Shown here: in pieces, positions 9,875 to 20,064 of the stretch
How positions within the stretch are numbered: the stretch's first letter is position 1
Layout of the letters: the number at the start of each line of letters is the position of its first letter
IMG/VR virus record: IMGVR_UViG_3300042868_006787
Span: 1 to 64,000 of that record
Source: a virus
Strand: one strand, 5' to 3'
Length of the DNA stretch: 64,000 nt
Made by a program: the position numbers and the translations under genes
The notes under the pieces: generated by a model
Told to the model about the DNA's origin: nothing
Seen by the model: the letters and a program-made list of their open reading frames with translations, nothing else
Databases searched by the model: none

Positions 9875-10155
9875 TCTACTAGATCTTCAATAACCGATAG
9901 TTCAGCAACCAGAAGTCGTGTTTTTTTTGGCCCATCACCTAAAACTATTATTAATGCTGGAGATTTATCAATTCCAGATTTAATAGCATCTGTTGTTATT
10001 TTTGCCCAAACTTTTTCATTTAGTGTAAAAGATTTTTTTGCTTCTTTTATATCAATTACAAAAGATTTCCAAGTGGCATCCCCCTTTTTGTTTCCTCTTC
10101 CAGAATTTTTATGGGCAGTGGCATTTATTCTTTTTATTTCACCTTTTTCACTCAT
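9865..10155 (-). CDS. Hjc-like PD-(D/E)xK resolvase/endonuclease (start likely 10155)
   Basis: E...NSGRGNKKGDA...IDIKEAKKSF. Confidence 0.65.
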   Translation of the reverse strand: MSEKGEIKRINATAHKNSGRGNKKGDATWKSFVIDIKEAKKSFTLNEKVWAKITTDAIKSGIDKSPALIIVLGDGPKKTRLLVAELSVIEDLVDRV

Positions 10156-10843
10156 TAGTATATTTTCTAACAAGTTGCTTTAAGTATGTATTTTCTCTCA
10201 TTAATCTAGAGGCAAACTCGCTTGAGAATCTCATCATTTTACTTTCTATCTTTTCTTTTTCATTTAAAGTTATTGGCATACTATCTTTTAAAGAAAAATG
10301 ACAAAACAGCATATCTATAAAGTCTCCATCTTTAAATTCTAGTGGCGCTCTCCAGTGAATCTGATGAGTTCCAGAAAAAGTAACGGCATCATTGTCTCCA
10401 AGTTGTATTTCTTTTCCTTCTACAACAATTGGCCAATTAATATTTGATTTTAATTGAACGTCCAATGTAACTCTTGGTTGTCTAAATGCGTTATCATAGT
10501 GTGGAGTTAGGATTGGAGTATTTGAGTATTTATTAGAATATCTCGCAAAGGAAATTTCTTCTAATTTTAAATCCTGATTATGAATAATTTTCATTTGTTG
10601 TGCAACTCTATTTTTAATTTCTTCTGGAAGATTTGTAAACCAAGCCTTTTGCCCATAAATTCTAACCTCTGTTGTATTTTCGTTAGAGGTTAAATCTATT
10701 GTATTGTAAATTAAATCGATTTCGTTTTTTGTAAAAATATTTTCATATTTTCTCACATGCGTTAGTAAAGTATTTTTTGCATGATCAATATTTACATCCT
10801 TTTCTAAATTTTTTGGCTCTTGGTTTGCTGGGAAATTATTCAT
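10148..10843 (-). CDS. 2OG-Fe(II) oxygenase (paralog group A)
   Basis: LTPHYD...FSGTHQIHWR. Confidence 0.75.
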   Translation of the reverse strand: MNNFPANQEPKNLEKDVNIDHAKNTLLTHVRKYENIFTKNEIDLIYNTIDLTSNENTTEVRIYGQKAWFTNLPEEIKNRVAQQMKIIHNQDLKLEEISFARYSNKYSNTPILTPHYDNAFRQPRVTLDVQLKSNINWPIVVEGKEIQLGDNDAVTFSGTHQIHWRAPLEFKDGDFIDMLFCHFSLKDSMPITLNEKEKIESKMMRFSSEFASRLMRENTYLKQLVRKYTNE

Positions 10844-10850
10844 CCTAGGA

Positions 10851-11519
10851 TTATCCTCTTTTCCTTAAAGTTTCGTCACTCAAGATATTTGTTTCTTTTT
10901 GAAGAACTGTTTGTCTTTCAAGCATAATTGTTGAAATAGTTTCAGATATGGGCTTTGAAATTTTATGCTTAAGCCAGAAAAACATCATTAGTATTTCTGA
11001 GTTATCTTGCAATTTTTTATTTTCTCTCCAGTGCATCTGTTGAGTCCCAGAAAATAGTAAGGCCTGATTGTCTAAAATATTAAATTGTTTGCCTTCAACA
11101 ATTATTCCCCAATCCTCATTTGTTTGCAATTGAACATCAAAAACAAACATCTCGTACGGCCTTGTGTCATAATGTGGAAACAATTTAACTTCATATCCGT
11201 ACTCAGGAGAATATCTAACAACAGAATATTCTGCAACAACCAAATCTTTATTGCATACTTCTGATGCTAAGTTTTGTATTTTTGCAATTATATTATCTGA
11301 AATTTTTATATGATCTAGAACTCCTTGCCCACCCCATTTTTGAACTCTAACCTTTTTTAAAGGAAATTCCCTGGCTGCTTGCAATATAGCCTTTAGTTCT
11401 TTATCAGTAAAAATATTATCTACTAAGATTGGAATAAAATCTTGATCAGACACATAGTCTTGAGATTCTCTCAATTTTTTATACTTTGGAAATTTATCTA
11501 GCAATGGGAAAGTAGTCAT
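10851..11519 (-). CDS. 2OG-Fe(II) oxygenase (paralog group A)
   Basis: LFPHYD...FSGTQQMHWR. Confidence 0.75.
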   Translation of the reverse strand: MTTFPLLDKFPKYKKLRESQDYVSDQDFIPILVDNIFTDKELKAILQAAREFPLKKVRVQKWGGQGVLDHIKISDNIIAKIQNLASEVCNKDLVVAEYSVVRYSPEYGYEVKLFPHYDTRPYEMFVFDVQLQTNEDWGIIVEGKQFNILDNQALLFSGTQQMHWRENKKLQDNSEILMMFFWLKHKISKPISETISTIMLERQTVLQKETNILSDETLRKRG

Positions 11520-11525
11520 ACTAAT

Positions 11526-11536
11526 ATTATACCCTA
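11526..11536 (-). promoter_or_regulatory. -10 box TAGGGTATAAT for a leaderless transcript; contains the upstream stop codon
   Basis: TATAAT 6 nt before ATG 11519. Confidence 0.6.
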
Positions 11537-11706
11537 CCTCTCTTTGTATAACTTGTTTGCCTTACTAAAGTTATTTTTGATAAATGCTTTTTACTGCACA
11601 TCCAAGTACATTCTGTTGTATCTGGAAATAGCCTCATAGATTTTACTTCTTCATTGCAAGTCTGACATAAAAATTTGCCAGGGTATACGGAATACTGTTT
11701 ATCCAA
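11527..11706 (-). CDS. Small Zn-ribbon protein, 59 aa (absent from ORF track)
   Basis: Manual translation from TTG: MDKQYSVYPGKFLCQTCNEEVKSMRLFPDTTECTWMCSKKHLSKITLVRQTSYTKRGRV; overlaps the recA stop. Confidence 0.7.
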   Translation of the reverse strand: MDKQYSVYPGKFLCQTCNEEVKSMRLFPDTTECTWMCSKKHLSKITLVRQTSYTKRGRV

Positions 11707-12739
11707 ACTGTTTGACCTTATTTAAAATGTCTGCAAACAATTCTTTGTCCTCTCTAACTTTATTAATAAAACCTTCTCTTCCCTGCACCTTTGATCCATC
11801 TGGTAATAGATACCAGGCCCCTGTGCGTTCTACTATACCCATTAATTCAGCAGTATCGATAAGATCAGCAATGCTGTCAACCCCAACCAAATTTCCCCTA
11901 AAGTAAAAATCATATTCTCCAGATTGAAATCCTGGACTTGTTTTTGAAAACTGTAAATCCCATCTAATCTTGCGACCAATTTTTTCTTCAATTAATTTAT
12001 CACCTACAGGAATCTTTCCTTTAATTGCTTGATTGTCTGATTCTGAAGAAAATAACTTAACAACTGTTGAAGAATAAAATTTAGTAGCCTGACCACCAGT
12101 AGGCTGCTGGCTAGTATACATAGCAGAAATATTATTACGACTTTGACTAATAAGAATAAAGAGAGTTGGCTTAACTTTGTTATTAGCATAGTTGATCATT
12201 TTCCAAGCATTAGAAAAGTCTCTTGATTCTGCTCCAATTTGTTTTGTATTTTCAAGTTGCTTAAGTTCATCTGAATCTTTTTCAAAATATATTGCTGGAA
12301 GAAGTGATGTAATTGAGTCAACAACAATTAAATCAACTCCAGCATTCATTAAATTTGTTCCAATATCTACCATTTCATTTATTGTTCGGCACTGAGAAAC
12401 AATAAGTTTTGAAGAGTCTACACCAAGTAATTCAGCCCAATCTTTATCATATGACATTTCTGCATCAATCCAAGCACAGATTTTTCCTTCTTTTTGTGCA
12501 AGCGCTACTGTTTGTAAACATAGTGATGACTTGGCGCTTGATTTGCTTCCCCAGATTAAAACTTGACGCCCATAAGGCAGACCACCATTTAATGCTTTAT
12601 TCAACCCATAACTTGGTGTTGCAGCATATTGTGTTGCTGGAATAGTGTCTCCAGACATTACAGTTTTTCTTAACTTTGGATTAAGTTGTGCCAATACATC
12701 TTCTATGGTCATTGTCATTTTTATTTTTTCCTTCTCCAT
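11699..12739 (-). CDS. recA: RecA/UvsX-like recombinase (alternative start 12718)
   Basis: LNGGLPYGR, P-loop GSKSSAKS, CAWIDAE, LIVVDSI, GGQATKFYSS, GAWY. Confidence 0.92.
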   Translation of the reverse strand: MEKEKIKMTMTIEDVLAQLNPKLRKTVMSGDTIPATQYAATPSYGLNKALNGGLPYGRQVLIWGSKSSAKSSLCLQTVALAQKEGKICAWIDAEMSYDKDWAELLGVDSSKLIVSQCRTINEMVDIGTNLMNAGVDLIVVDSITSLLPAIYFEKDSDELKQLENTKQIGAESRDFSNAWKMINYANNKVKPTLFILISQSRNNISAMYTSQQPTGGQATKFYSSTVVKLFSSESDNQAIKGKIPVGDKLIEEKIGRKIRWDLQFSKTSPGFQSGEYDFYFRGNLVGVDSIADLIDTAELMGIVERTGAWYLLPDGSKVQGREGFINKVREDKELFADILNKVKQFG

Positions 12740-12742
12740 GGT

Positions 12743-15700
12743 TTAAATAAGTACATCATCTAACGTAACAGTTCCATCTTTTGTTTTTCCAAAAACAAAC
12801 CTATAAGAATTTCCTTCTTTAATATTCATATAGGCTTTAGCAAAAGATGTAGGAAACACAAGAATAGATTTTAATTCTCTAGATGTATTTGCTAATGTCA
12901 TTGAAGCCATTTTTTTTCCCTGCTTAGTTGTCCTTGATTTAAATGCAACAACAAACATTTCTTCATCTTTAAATGGCAACTGTTTATAACTTAAAAATTT
13001 AACAAGAGCACTAGAAGATTGCTTTATTTCATCAATAGGAACTGAAGATATAATCCTATTATCATTAGTAAGAACCAAGTAAGTGCGACCCGTCTCAATA
13101 GTCGTTCCTTCTTCATCAAATATGCCAACACTCCCAGTTTTGTCAAGAATTTCAACTCGTGACCATCCCTTTCCTCTTTTAATTGATTTTATCATACCCA
13201 TTAAAATAAAAGAGCCCTTTTCTTCAAATTCGTCAACTTGCTGGATAAAGGCATGATAATGAGATGGAATATTAATATTAAACTCTGGCAAATTTAAATA
13301 TTCGTATAAATTTTCTTTTATTTGATTATCGTTACGGGGATTGTCTAAAAATGTCAATGATCCAACGGCGTTCATTGCTGCTAATGCACGACTGTTTACC
13401 CCGTTACCTTTAGTAAAAGTGAAGTCTTCTACATCTTTATAGGTTTTAAAAGGTCTTGCAGCAATATATTTGTCTGCTATTTTATCTGATATATATTTAA
13501 TTGCAGTTAACCCAAATCGAATTCCTTTTCCTTCAATTTGAAAGTCTTTACCAGAATCATTAATATGTGGAAGTTTAATAGGAATACCCATGCGTTTTGC
13601 TTCAATTAAATATTCAGTTCTGTTGTCAGGATTTTTTTCATTTTTTAATAATGCAAACATAAACTCAAGAGGGTAGTAATATTTTAGCCACGCCGTCCAA
13701 TACGAGAGAGTAGAGTAAGCGACTGCATGGCTCTTATTGAACGAGTATCCCGCATGCGCCTCAAAATCATGCCATAAATCACGAGCCTGATTAGGAGTAA
13801 TATAGGCAGAAGCGCCAGTAATAAAACGTTCTTTATAAATGTCGAACTCTTTGGCGTCTTTCTTTTTTCCAATAATTTTTCTGACTTTGTCGGCTTCAGA
13901 CATTGACATTTGTCCAAGGTGTACGCATGCTTGCATAACTTGCTCTTGATAAAGAATGCAGCCATAAGTATCCTCCGTGTAAGGTTTTAATATCTGATGT
14001 AAATATGATACAGCCTGTTTTCCATGTTTTCTTGCAACATAGTCTTTTCCGATAGTGTTCATTGCTCCTGGCCTAACAAGAGCATTTGATGCTGCTAATT
14101 CATTAAGATTTTTTACCCCCATTTTAACAATTAAATTAGTGTAGGGTGTTGCTTCGCATTGAAAAATTCCTTTAGTGTGTCCATCTGAAATCATTTCATA
14201 CACCTTGGAATCTTCCATGTCTATCTCAAGTGGATTAATTTTAACAAAATGATTTTTTTCAATCATCTTAATAGTGTCATCTAAAACACTTAAAGTTTTT
14301 AATCCTAGGGCATCGATTTTAATTAAACCTATCTTTTCTGCTTCTTCCATATCTACCCCAACAACTGGTATGCGATTTTCTGATCCTGGAGAAGATCTTG
14401 TTTCTAATGGAGCATGTTTAAAAATTGGCTCTTTACTAGTAACAATTCCAGCAGCATGAATTCCAGTGCCCCTAATGCGCCCACGCAATTGTTCTCCATA
14501 AACCTCTACTTCTGGATACTTTTCTCTAAACTCTAATGTAGACCTAGAGTTACAAAAATCATCCCAGGTATCTACTGTTTTTAAAATTTTGTTTACATCT
14601 GATAATGGAATATTAAGAACTCTAGAAACATCACGAACAATTCCTTTTCCTGTAAATTCTAAAAATGTTGCAATAGAAGCCACATGCCTGTATTGTCTAA
14701 CAAGATAATCTTTCACTTCTTCTCTTCTAGAATCTTGAATATCTGTGTCAATATCTGGAAAGTCATTACGTTCTGGATTGATAAATCGAAAGAATAAAAG
14801 CCCATGCTCTATTGGATCAATTTCTGTAATTCCAATTAAATAACAAAGTAAAGAGCCAGCAGAAGATCCACGACCTGGACCAACTCTAATACTTTCTTTT
14901 TTTGCCCAATTAATCATGTTGCTTACAACAAGAAAATAGGGAGCAAATTTTTTATCTCTAATAATTGATAGTTCTTCATCAAGTCTTTGTTCGTATATAT
15001 CATTGCCTAGCCAACTACTAGTTAAACGTTTTTCTTCTAATCCAGCAAATGCCAAATTTGCCAACTCCTGATCTGGATTTTTATATTGAACTGGCAATAA
15101 ATTTAAATGTTCTTTAATGTCATAGTCTTCTATTTTATTCATAATTTCAATAGTTGAACTAAATATGTCTGTTCTTGTAAACATTTGTTTTTGCATTTCT
15201 TCTAACATTTCTGGTCCGCTTAGTAAGTGAATATTAAACTTATTAAAACTCATTTGTCTATCTTTGCCATATAAATAATCAAGTTTTGTCATCATGTCGT
15301 TATACTTTTTAGATTTTTCGTAAGTAACATTTTTCTCTAATTTTGCATGAGTATTTAAAATTAATTTTAACTCTTGTATTTCTTTTTGACTTTTATCCGA
15401 ATGATGACAATCTGGGGTAACAACAATCTTAATGCCAAACTCATCTGCCAAATCCATTAAATGCATATTTACTTGTTGCGGGTTATGTGGCATTACCTCA
15501 ATATAATAGTCATCTTTAAATGTATCTTTAAACCATTTTATATATTTTTTGGCTTTTGCAAATTCTTCAAGTTCTACTGCCTTGGTAACAATTCCACTTA
15601 AACATCCTGACGTAACAATAATTCCTTCTTTGTATTTTTCCAATGTTTCAAAATCAAACCTTGGTTTTCTAAAGTAACCTTCAGTCCATGCAATTTCGTT

Positions 15701-16027
15701 AATTTTGTTAAGATTTTCTAAACCTTGCTTATTCTTGGCTAGAAGAACTATATGGTTGTATACATTATCTAGTGGATCTTTTCTTTCCGCCCTGTCTCTT
15801 TTGTCAAAGCGGTCAGCACACATATAGCCTTCTATGCCAAGAATTGGTTTTATCCCTTTTTCTTTTGCAATGCGATAGAACTCACGATGCCCAGATAGAG
15901 TGCCATGATCCGTAATTGCCAGTGCTGGCATACCAAGAGTCACGGCACGTTCTAAATATTCTTCTGGCGTAGCAACACCATCCATTAACGAATAGTGTGT
16001 ATGTACGTGTAGTCCTACGTAATTCAT
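12743..16027 (-). CDS. dnaE: DNA polymerase III alpha subunit (family C) with PHP domain
   Basis: HVHTHYSLMDG, ITDHG, GRGSSAGS, DFPDIDTD, KIDALGL, YSFNKSHA. Confidence 0.96.
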   Translation of the reverse strand: MNYVGLHVHTHYSLMDGVATPEEYLERAVTLGMPALAITDHGTLSGHREFYRIAKEKGIKPILGIEGYMCADRFDKRDRAERKDPLDNVYNHIVLLAKNKQGLENLNKINEIAWTEGYFRKPRFDFETLEKYKEGIIVTSGCLSGIVTKAVELEEFAKAKKYIKWFKDTFKDDYYIEVMPHNPQQVNMHLMDLADEFGIKIVVTPDCHHSDKSQKEIQELKLILNTHAKLEKNVTYEKSKKYNDMMTKLDYLYGKDRQMSFNKFNIHLLSGPEMLEEMQKQMFTRTDIFSSTIEIMNKIEDYDIKEHLNLLPVQYKNPDQELANLAFAGLEEKRLTSSWLGNDIYEQRLDEELSIIRDKKFAPYFLVVSNMINWAKKESIRVGPGRGSSAGSLLCYLIGITEIDPIEHGLLFFRFINPERNDFPDIDTDIQDSRREEVKDYLVRQYRHVASIATFLEFTGKGIVRDVSRVLNIPLSDVNKILKTVDTWDDFCNSRSTLEFREKYPEVEVYGEQLRGRIRGTGIHAAGIVTSKEPIFKHAPLETRSSPGSENRIPVVGVDMEEAEKIGLIKIDALGLKTLSVLDDTIKMIEKNHFVKINPLEIDMEDSKVYEMISDGHTKGIFQCEATPYTNLIVKMGVKNLNELAASNALVRPGAMNTIGKDYVARKHGKQAVSYLHQILKPYTEDTYGCILYQEQVMQACVHLGQMSMSEADKVRKIIGKKKDAKEFDIYKERFITGASAYITPNQARDLWHDFEAHAGYSFNKSHAVAYSTLSYWTAWLKYYYPLEFMFALLKNEKNPDNRTEYLIEAKRMGIPIKLPHINDSGKDFQIEGKGIRFGLTAIKYISDKIADKYIAARPFKTYKDVEDFTFTKGNGVNSRALAAMNAVGSLTFLDNPRNDNQIKENLYEYLNLPEFNINIPSHYHAFIQQVDEFEEKGSFILMGMIKSIKRGKGWSRVEILDKTGSVGIFDEEGTTIETGRTYLVLTNDNRIISSVPIDEIKQSSSALVKFLSYKQLPFKDEEMFVVAFKSRTTKQGKKMASMTLANTSRELKSILVFPTSFAKAYMNIKEGNSYRFVFGKTKDGTVTLDDVLI

Positions 16028-16028
16028 A

Positions 16029-16679
16029 CTACCAATCAGTATTTGTTGCTGAAGTTACTGATGGTGAATCAAAGCCAAGATAAAAACTTTCTTGCTCTGC
16101 ATATGGAATCCGACGCAAAGCCATCTCAAGTGGATAAGGTGCTAGCCCTTCCCAATTAAATGGTTCTTTATCTGGAGCAGACGGAATCATAGTATAACTA
16201 GTTTCTGTACTTTGTCCATTACGCTTAAGTTTCCAAGTTAGGTTTGAGATGCTTCCTGTTTCTAAAGCAAACTCACGAATTGTATTAAATGATGACTGCT
16301 TGCTAACACCCATTGACCAGATTGCTACGTATGGTGGTTCAATACCATCATCTACTAAAACGTTGCAATAAAAACGAAGGCGTGCTCTCCAGCCAGCCTT
16401 TGGATCTTTTCTGTGCATCTCTTCTGCCCAGTCACGGCCTTCGGAATCCATCGTGTCTACAGCCTTGCGCTTATAATCTTTTGGATTAACATGTTCTTTT
16501 ACAACAAGAGCAAGACCACGATCTGCATTATAACTTGCAGAATCCTCATCTAGTTCTTCTATAAAACGAATTTTAACTGATTGTCCATCAGCCAATTTAA
16601 GCCAACGAACTTTTGGTGTATCTGATTTTGGTTTGTCGAGCAGGGCGTTGATATTTTTTAGTCCCTTAATAACGCTCAT
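16029..16679 (-). CDS. Single-stranded DNA-binding protein (gp32-like)
   Basis: WLKLADGQSVKIRF, RFYCNVLV, WKLKRNG..TETSYT, acidic/aromatic C-terminus; lies between primase and polymerase. Confidence 0.65.
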   Translation of the reverse strand: MSVIKGLKNINALLDKPKSDTPKVRWLKLADGQSVKIRFIEELDEDSASYNADRGLALVVKEHVNPKDYKRKAVDTMDSEGRDWAEEMHRKDPKAGWRARLRFYCNVLVDDGIEPPYVAIWSMGVSKQSSFNTIREFALETGSISNLTWKLKRNGQSTETSYTMIPSAPDKEPFNWEGLAPYPLEMALRRIPYAEQESFYLGFDSPSVTSATNTDW

Positions 16680-16705
16680 ATGTTTCTCCTTTGTGTTTTG
16701 TGTAT

Positions 16706-17638
16706 TTAGTTTAGCATAAGCGATATAGATTTGTCAAACTGAAATTCTAAATTTCTGATTGCATTATCATCCATATCGCCTATGTCTTTATATTCTATAT
16801 TAAGTTGTATTACGGAGACACGAGATTTTAATTTTTCAACTATTCTCTCTTTCATGTTCCCCCCTGCTTCATCATTATCTGCAATAACAATAATGTTATT
16901 GAAATATTTTTGAAGCAAATCTATTTGTGTATTTGATACATTAGCCCCTAGGGTAGCAACTGCAGCAAAGCCAACTTGGTCTAGTCTAATCGCATCAAAA
17001 GAAGATTCTACCACATAAACTTTTTCTGATGCTTTTACTTTATGAAGATTAAAAAGTGTCTTTGCTTTTGGAAGTTTTGGGGTATTTTTAAAATCTTTGC
17101 CTTCAATAGATCTTCCAACAAAACCAACTGCTAATCCATCTGGTGAATGAACTGGAACAGTAACCATATCTTGTTTTTCCGAATAGCCTAAGTTAAATTT
17201 AACAATTGATTCTTTTGTTATTTTTCTACTTTCATAATAAGACATAGCCCTTGGTGAAATCAATGCATGATTATTCAATCTTTTAATAATTAATTCATCA
17301 AAAGCAACATAGTCTGGAACATCTACAAGGGCTTTATTAACAAATTGTTCAATGTTTGTTTCTTTCCCTTTGCTTGCAATAAATCTAACCGTTTCAAAAT
17401 AAGTTCTATTTGTGGCAGTCATTACTAATTCAACTAAGTCTTTGGTTTCTTGACAAGAAAAGCAAAAAAAGGTTCCTCTTGTTTTTGACACTTCCCCTGC
17501 AGGAGTCCTAAAGTTGTTATGATATGGACAAAATATCATAAAGTCATTATCCATTTCTGACTCTATATTAATGCCAGATCCGTCTAACACTCTTTTTACT
17601 TGGTCTTCGCTATATAAATCTATTTTATTATTTGCCAC
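16706..17638 (-). CDS. dnaG: DNA primase
   Basis: CHC2 finger CPYH...CFSC, GFVGR, TOPRIM VVESSFD and ADNDEAG. Confidence 0.9.
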   Translation of the reverse strand: MANNKIDLYSEDQVKRVLDGSGINIESEMDNDFMIFCPYHNNFRTPAGEVSKTRGTFFCFSCQETKDLVELVMTATNRTYFETVRFIASKGKETNIEQFVNKALVDVPDYVAFDELIIKRLNNHALISPRAMSYYESRKITKESIVKFNLGYSEKQDMVTVPVHSPDGLAVGFVGRSIEGKDFKNTPKLPKAKTLFNLHKVKASEKVYVVESSFDAIRLDQVGFAAVATLGANVSNTQIDLLQKYFNNIIVIADNDEAGGNMKERIVEKLKSRVSVIQLNIEYKDIGDMDDNAIRNLEFQFDKSISLMLN

Positions 17639-18857
17639 TTAAATCCTCAAAATCTTTATACTTATAGTATCCTTTGTCAAAATCTGCTTGAACTAAAAAC
17701 TCTCCCATAAAACCATTTCTATTTTTTCTAAAAGCACATTCAATAATATCACTATTTGCTGCTCGGCCTAGCGCTAGCACCCAATCTGCATCATAAGCAA
17801 TCTGTCTAGACCAAGCAGTCTGGCCTAATGTTGGTACTGTATTGAGGTTTGTAACATCATCAGGAGTGGCTGATGAGATAGCAATAATAGGGACCTCTTC
17901 ACCAATTGCCATAAGTTTTAACTCTCTTGAAAGATTTTTCATTCTCACTGTTTCATTATCAGATTTTTGATTTGGAGACATTAATTGCAAATAATCCACA
18001 ATAACAAAATCTGGCTTATACTGATCAATCTTTCCACGAACAACTGAAGGATTTACTTCTCCCCCGCTATCATTTGAAATAATGTGAAACTCTGGTTTTC
18101 CAACTAAGTTTTTTTCATGCCATGACTTTAGCATGTCTAATTCAATTTCACCATTGCTTATTTTTCTGTGTGACCAAACACCTTGGCCCATAATGGTGTA
18201 TACACGATTTCTAACCTCTACTTCTGACATTTCTAAACTTATTACTAATGGAGACTTTCCTTGTTTCCATGCTTGTACCGCAAAATAAAGAGCAAGCCAA
18301 GATTTGCCAATTCCTGGATACGCAAGGAAAACACCAAGTTGGCCTGGCATAATTCCAGATGGAAGGTAGTTGTCAAATCCTGGCAAACCTGTTTTAATTC
18401 CAACCGATCCTAGTTCTTTCATTTTTTGCACATTGGTAAAATAGGCAACGGCAGAATCTAAATCTGTGGCATCAATATCTCTAATTGCAGCAACATTCTT
18501 TTTTAACTCTGATGTTTTATTAATCAATCCTGTTAGGGCTATGTCTCCATTCCCACTCTGAACATCAGTTGCAGCAGATCTTAAAATATCTTTTAGACTA
18601 TCGGTTAGATATTCTGCCTGCAATTCTTCTAAATGATATTTAGTTGCACCAACATTCTCTATTGTTTGAAAATCTCTAAATTTTTCAACGACTAGTGATT
18701 CAGGGGGGACTGCATTATTTGCTTCATAATACTTTCTTATAAACAACCAAAGGTCAGTATGTGTTTTTAAAAGATTTTCAACATTAGCCTGCAAAAGAAC
18801 ATGCATTTGTTTATCTTTAAGTAGCGCCGTTATAAGTTTAGACTCTGTGTTATTCAC
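17628..18857 (-). CDS. dnaB: Replicative DNA helicase
   Basis: AYPGIGKS, SLEMS, VIVDYLQL, KNRNG. Confidence 0.92.
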   Translation of the reverse strand: MNNTESKLITALLKDKQMHVLLQANVENLLKTHTDLWLFIRKYYEANNAVPPESLVVEKFRDFQTIENVGATKYHLEELQAEYLTDSLKDILRSAATDVQSGNGDIALTGLINKTSELKKNVAAIRDIDATDLDSAVAYFTNVQKMKELGSVGIKTGLPGFDNYLPSGIMPGQLGVFLAYPGIGKSWLALYFAVQAWKQGKSPLVISLEMSEVEVRNRVYTIMGQGVWSHRKISNGEIELDMLKSWHEKNLVGKPEFHIISNDSGGEVNPSVVRGKIDQYKPDFVIVDYLQLMSPNQKSDNETVRMKNLSRELKLMAIGEEVPIIAISSATPDDVTNLNTVPTLGQTAWSRQIAYDADWVLALGRAANSDIIECAFRKNRNGFMGEFLVQADFDKGYYKYKDFEDLSGK

Positions 18858-19158
18858 TTAGCCATTCCTTTCCTTTTTTCCTACGCTCTGCACGCTCTTC
18901 ATCATCTTTAATTTTATTTAGTCTTGTCTGAAATATTTTTTCTGCATTATAAGCAAAGTAACTCCAAGAAGGGGACAAGGAAACGCTAAAGTAGTAATCA
19001 AGTAGGTCATAACATTTTCCTATCCCATAAGACTCTATTAGCGCATCAGAAGCCCACTGTTCAACATTTAAGTTCAACGATGGCTTTTCTTCGTACTTTA
19101 TAGTATGTAGTTTACTATATCTACTTAGCAAAGCCATTCGGTCTTTGCGTTCAGCCAC
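18850..19158 (-). CDS. Hypothetical protein (possible helicase loader)
   Basis: 102-aa ORF overlapping the dnaB start. Confidence 0.65.
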   Translation of the reverse strand: MAERKDRMALLSRYSKLHTIKYEEKPSLNLNVEQWASDALIESYGIGKCYDLLDYYFSVSLSPSWSYFAYNAEKIFQTRLNKIKDDEERAERRKKGKEWLSE

Positions 19159-19364
19159 TATTCGTCTATTTCTACTTTGGCTTCGTTAATTTTTTCGGTA
19201 AGTTTATCTTCAACAAACTTATAAACTCTTTCAAAAGCATCATTAATGTTTTCGCCTTCACGTCGACTATCAGTAATGCCAAGATCTAATCTTAGTGATT
19301 GAAAATTACCAAGATTTAATGTATAACCTAGCGTAACGTTTACTTTTGTTTCTTCGTTATTCAT
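19158..19364 (-). CDS. Hypothetical protein
   Basis: 68 aa, GYTLNLGNFQSLRLD, GGAGG RBS. Confidence 0.75.
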   Translation of the reverse strand: MNNEETKVNVTLGYTLNLGNFQSLRLDLGITDSRREGENINDAFERVYKFVEDKLTEKINEAKVEIDE

Positions 19365-19381
19365 TGTCCCTCCCAGGGAAA

Positions 19382-19927
19382 TTATTTTATTGATTCATTC
19401 CAAACAGGAATAAATCTTCCATCTTCAGTTTTTGTATATGTAAGTATACCATCGCCCATCTTTCTTGTCAATTCTTGTTTGGTTGGCGTCATATTGTTTG
19501 TAATTAATCCATCCTTTCTAGGTTGGCCAATATGTATACTTGCAAGTATATCACGTATCTCTTTTACTTGCGATTCAGAATAATATGCTCTTATCTGATA
19601 TCCACGTTTTCCATTTTCAGAACAACCAAGTGGGACGGGAATGACTCCTCGTTTTATTAAACTTGGCATGTACTTTCTATGTCTATTGACAAGTTTAGCA
19701 GTTTCTGCTATAGTATATGCCCTTTCTCTATTTTTTTTAAAATCTAAAATAAAACAAAGTTCAAGTTTATTTTTTACAATATTATAAATAGCAACAGTAC
19801 CATCTGATCTGTTATAGTGGTGAACTCTTACTAAGTCTTTATTTAAAAACCAAACAGCCCCACTACCTTTTATTACAGATGACTGATTGTACTCTTGGCC
19901 CTCAATTTTTCCTTTTGCAGTAGCCAT
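19382..19927 (-). CDS. MerR-like HTH DNA-binding protein
   Basis: YTIAETAKLVNRHRKYM...RAYYSESQV. Confidence 0.6.
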   Translation of the reverse strand: MATAKGKIEGQEYNQSSVIKGSGAVWFLNKDLVRVHHYNRSDGTVAIYNIVKNKLELCFILDFKKNRERAYTIAETAKLVNRHRKYMPSLIKRGVIPVPLGCSENGKRGYQIRAYYSESQVKEIRDILASIHIGQPRKDGLITNNMTPTKQELTRKMGDGILTYTKTEDGRFIPVWNESIK

Positions 19928-20064
19928 AGCCCCTCGCTTGACGTTGATGGTGGATTATAAAACTTTCTGTTGCCACATTTTAAACAAAATGTTTCAAGAT
20001 GTTCAGGATTAGTGTATTGCCTATCAATAAACATTCTTGATTTACATTTTAAGCATTTAATCAT
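19873..20064 (-). CDS. Small Zn-ribbon protein (start likely 20064)
   Basis: CLKC...CLKCG; TAATG coupling. Confidence 0.6.
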   Translation of the reverse strand: MIKCLKCKSRMFIDRQYTNPEHLETFCLKCGNRKFYNPPSTSSEGLWLLQKEKLRAKSTISHL

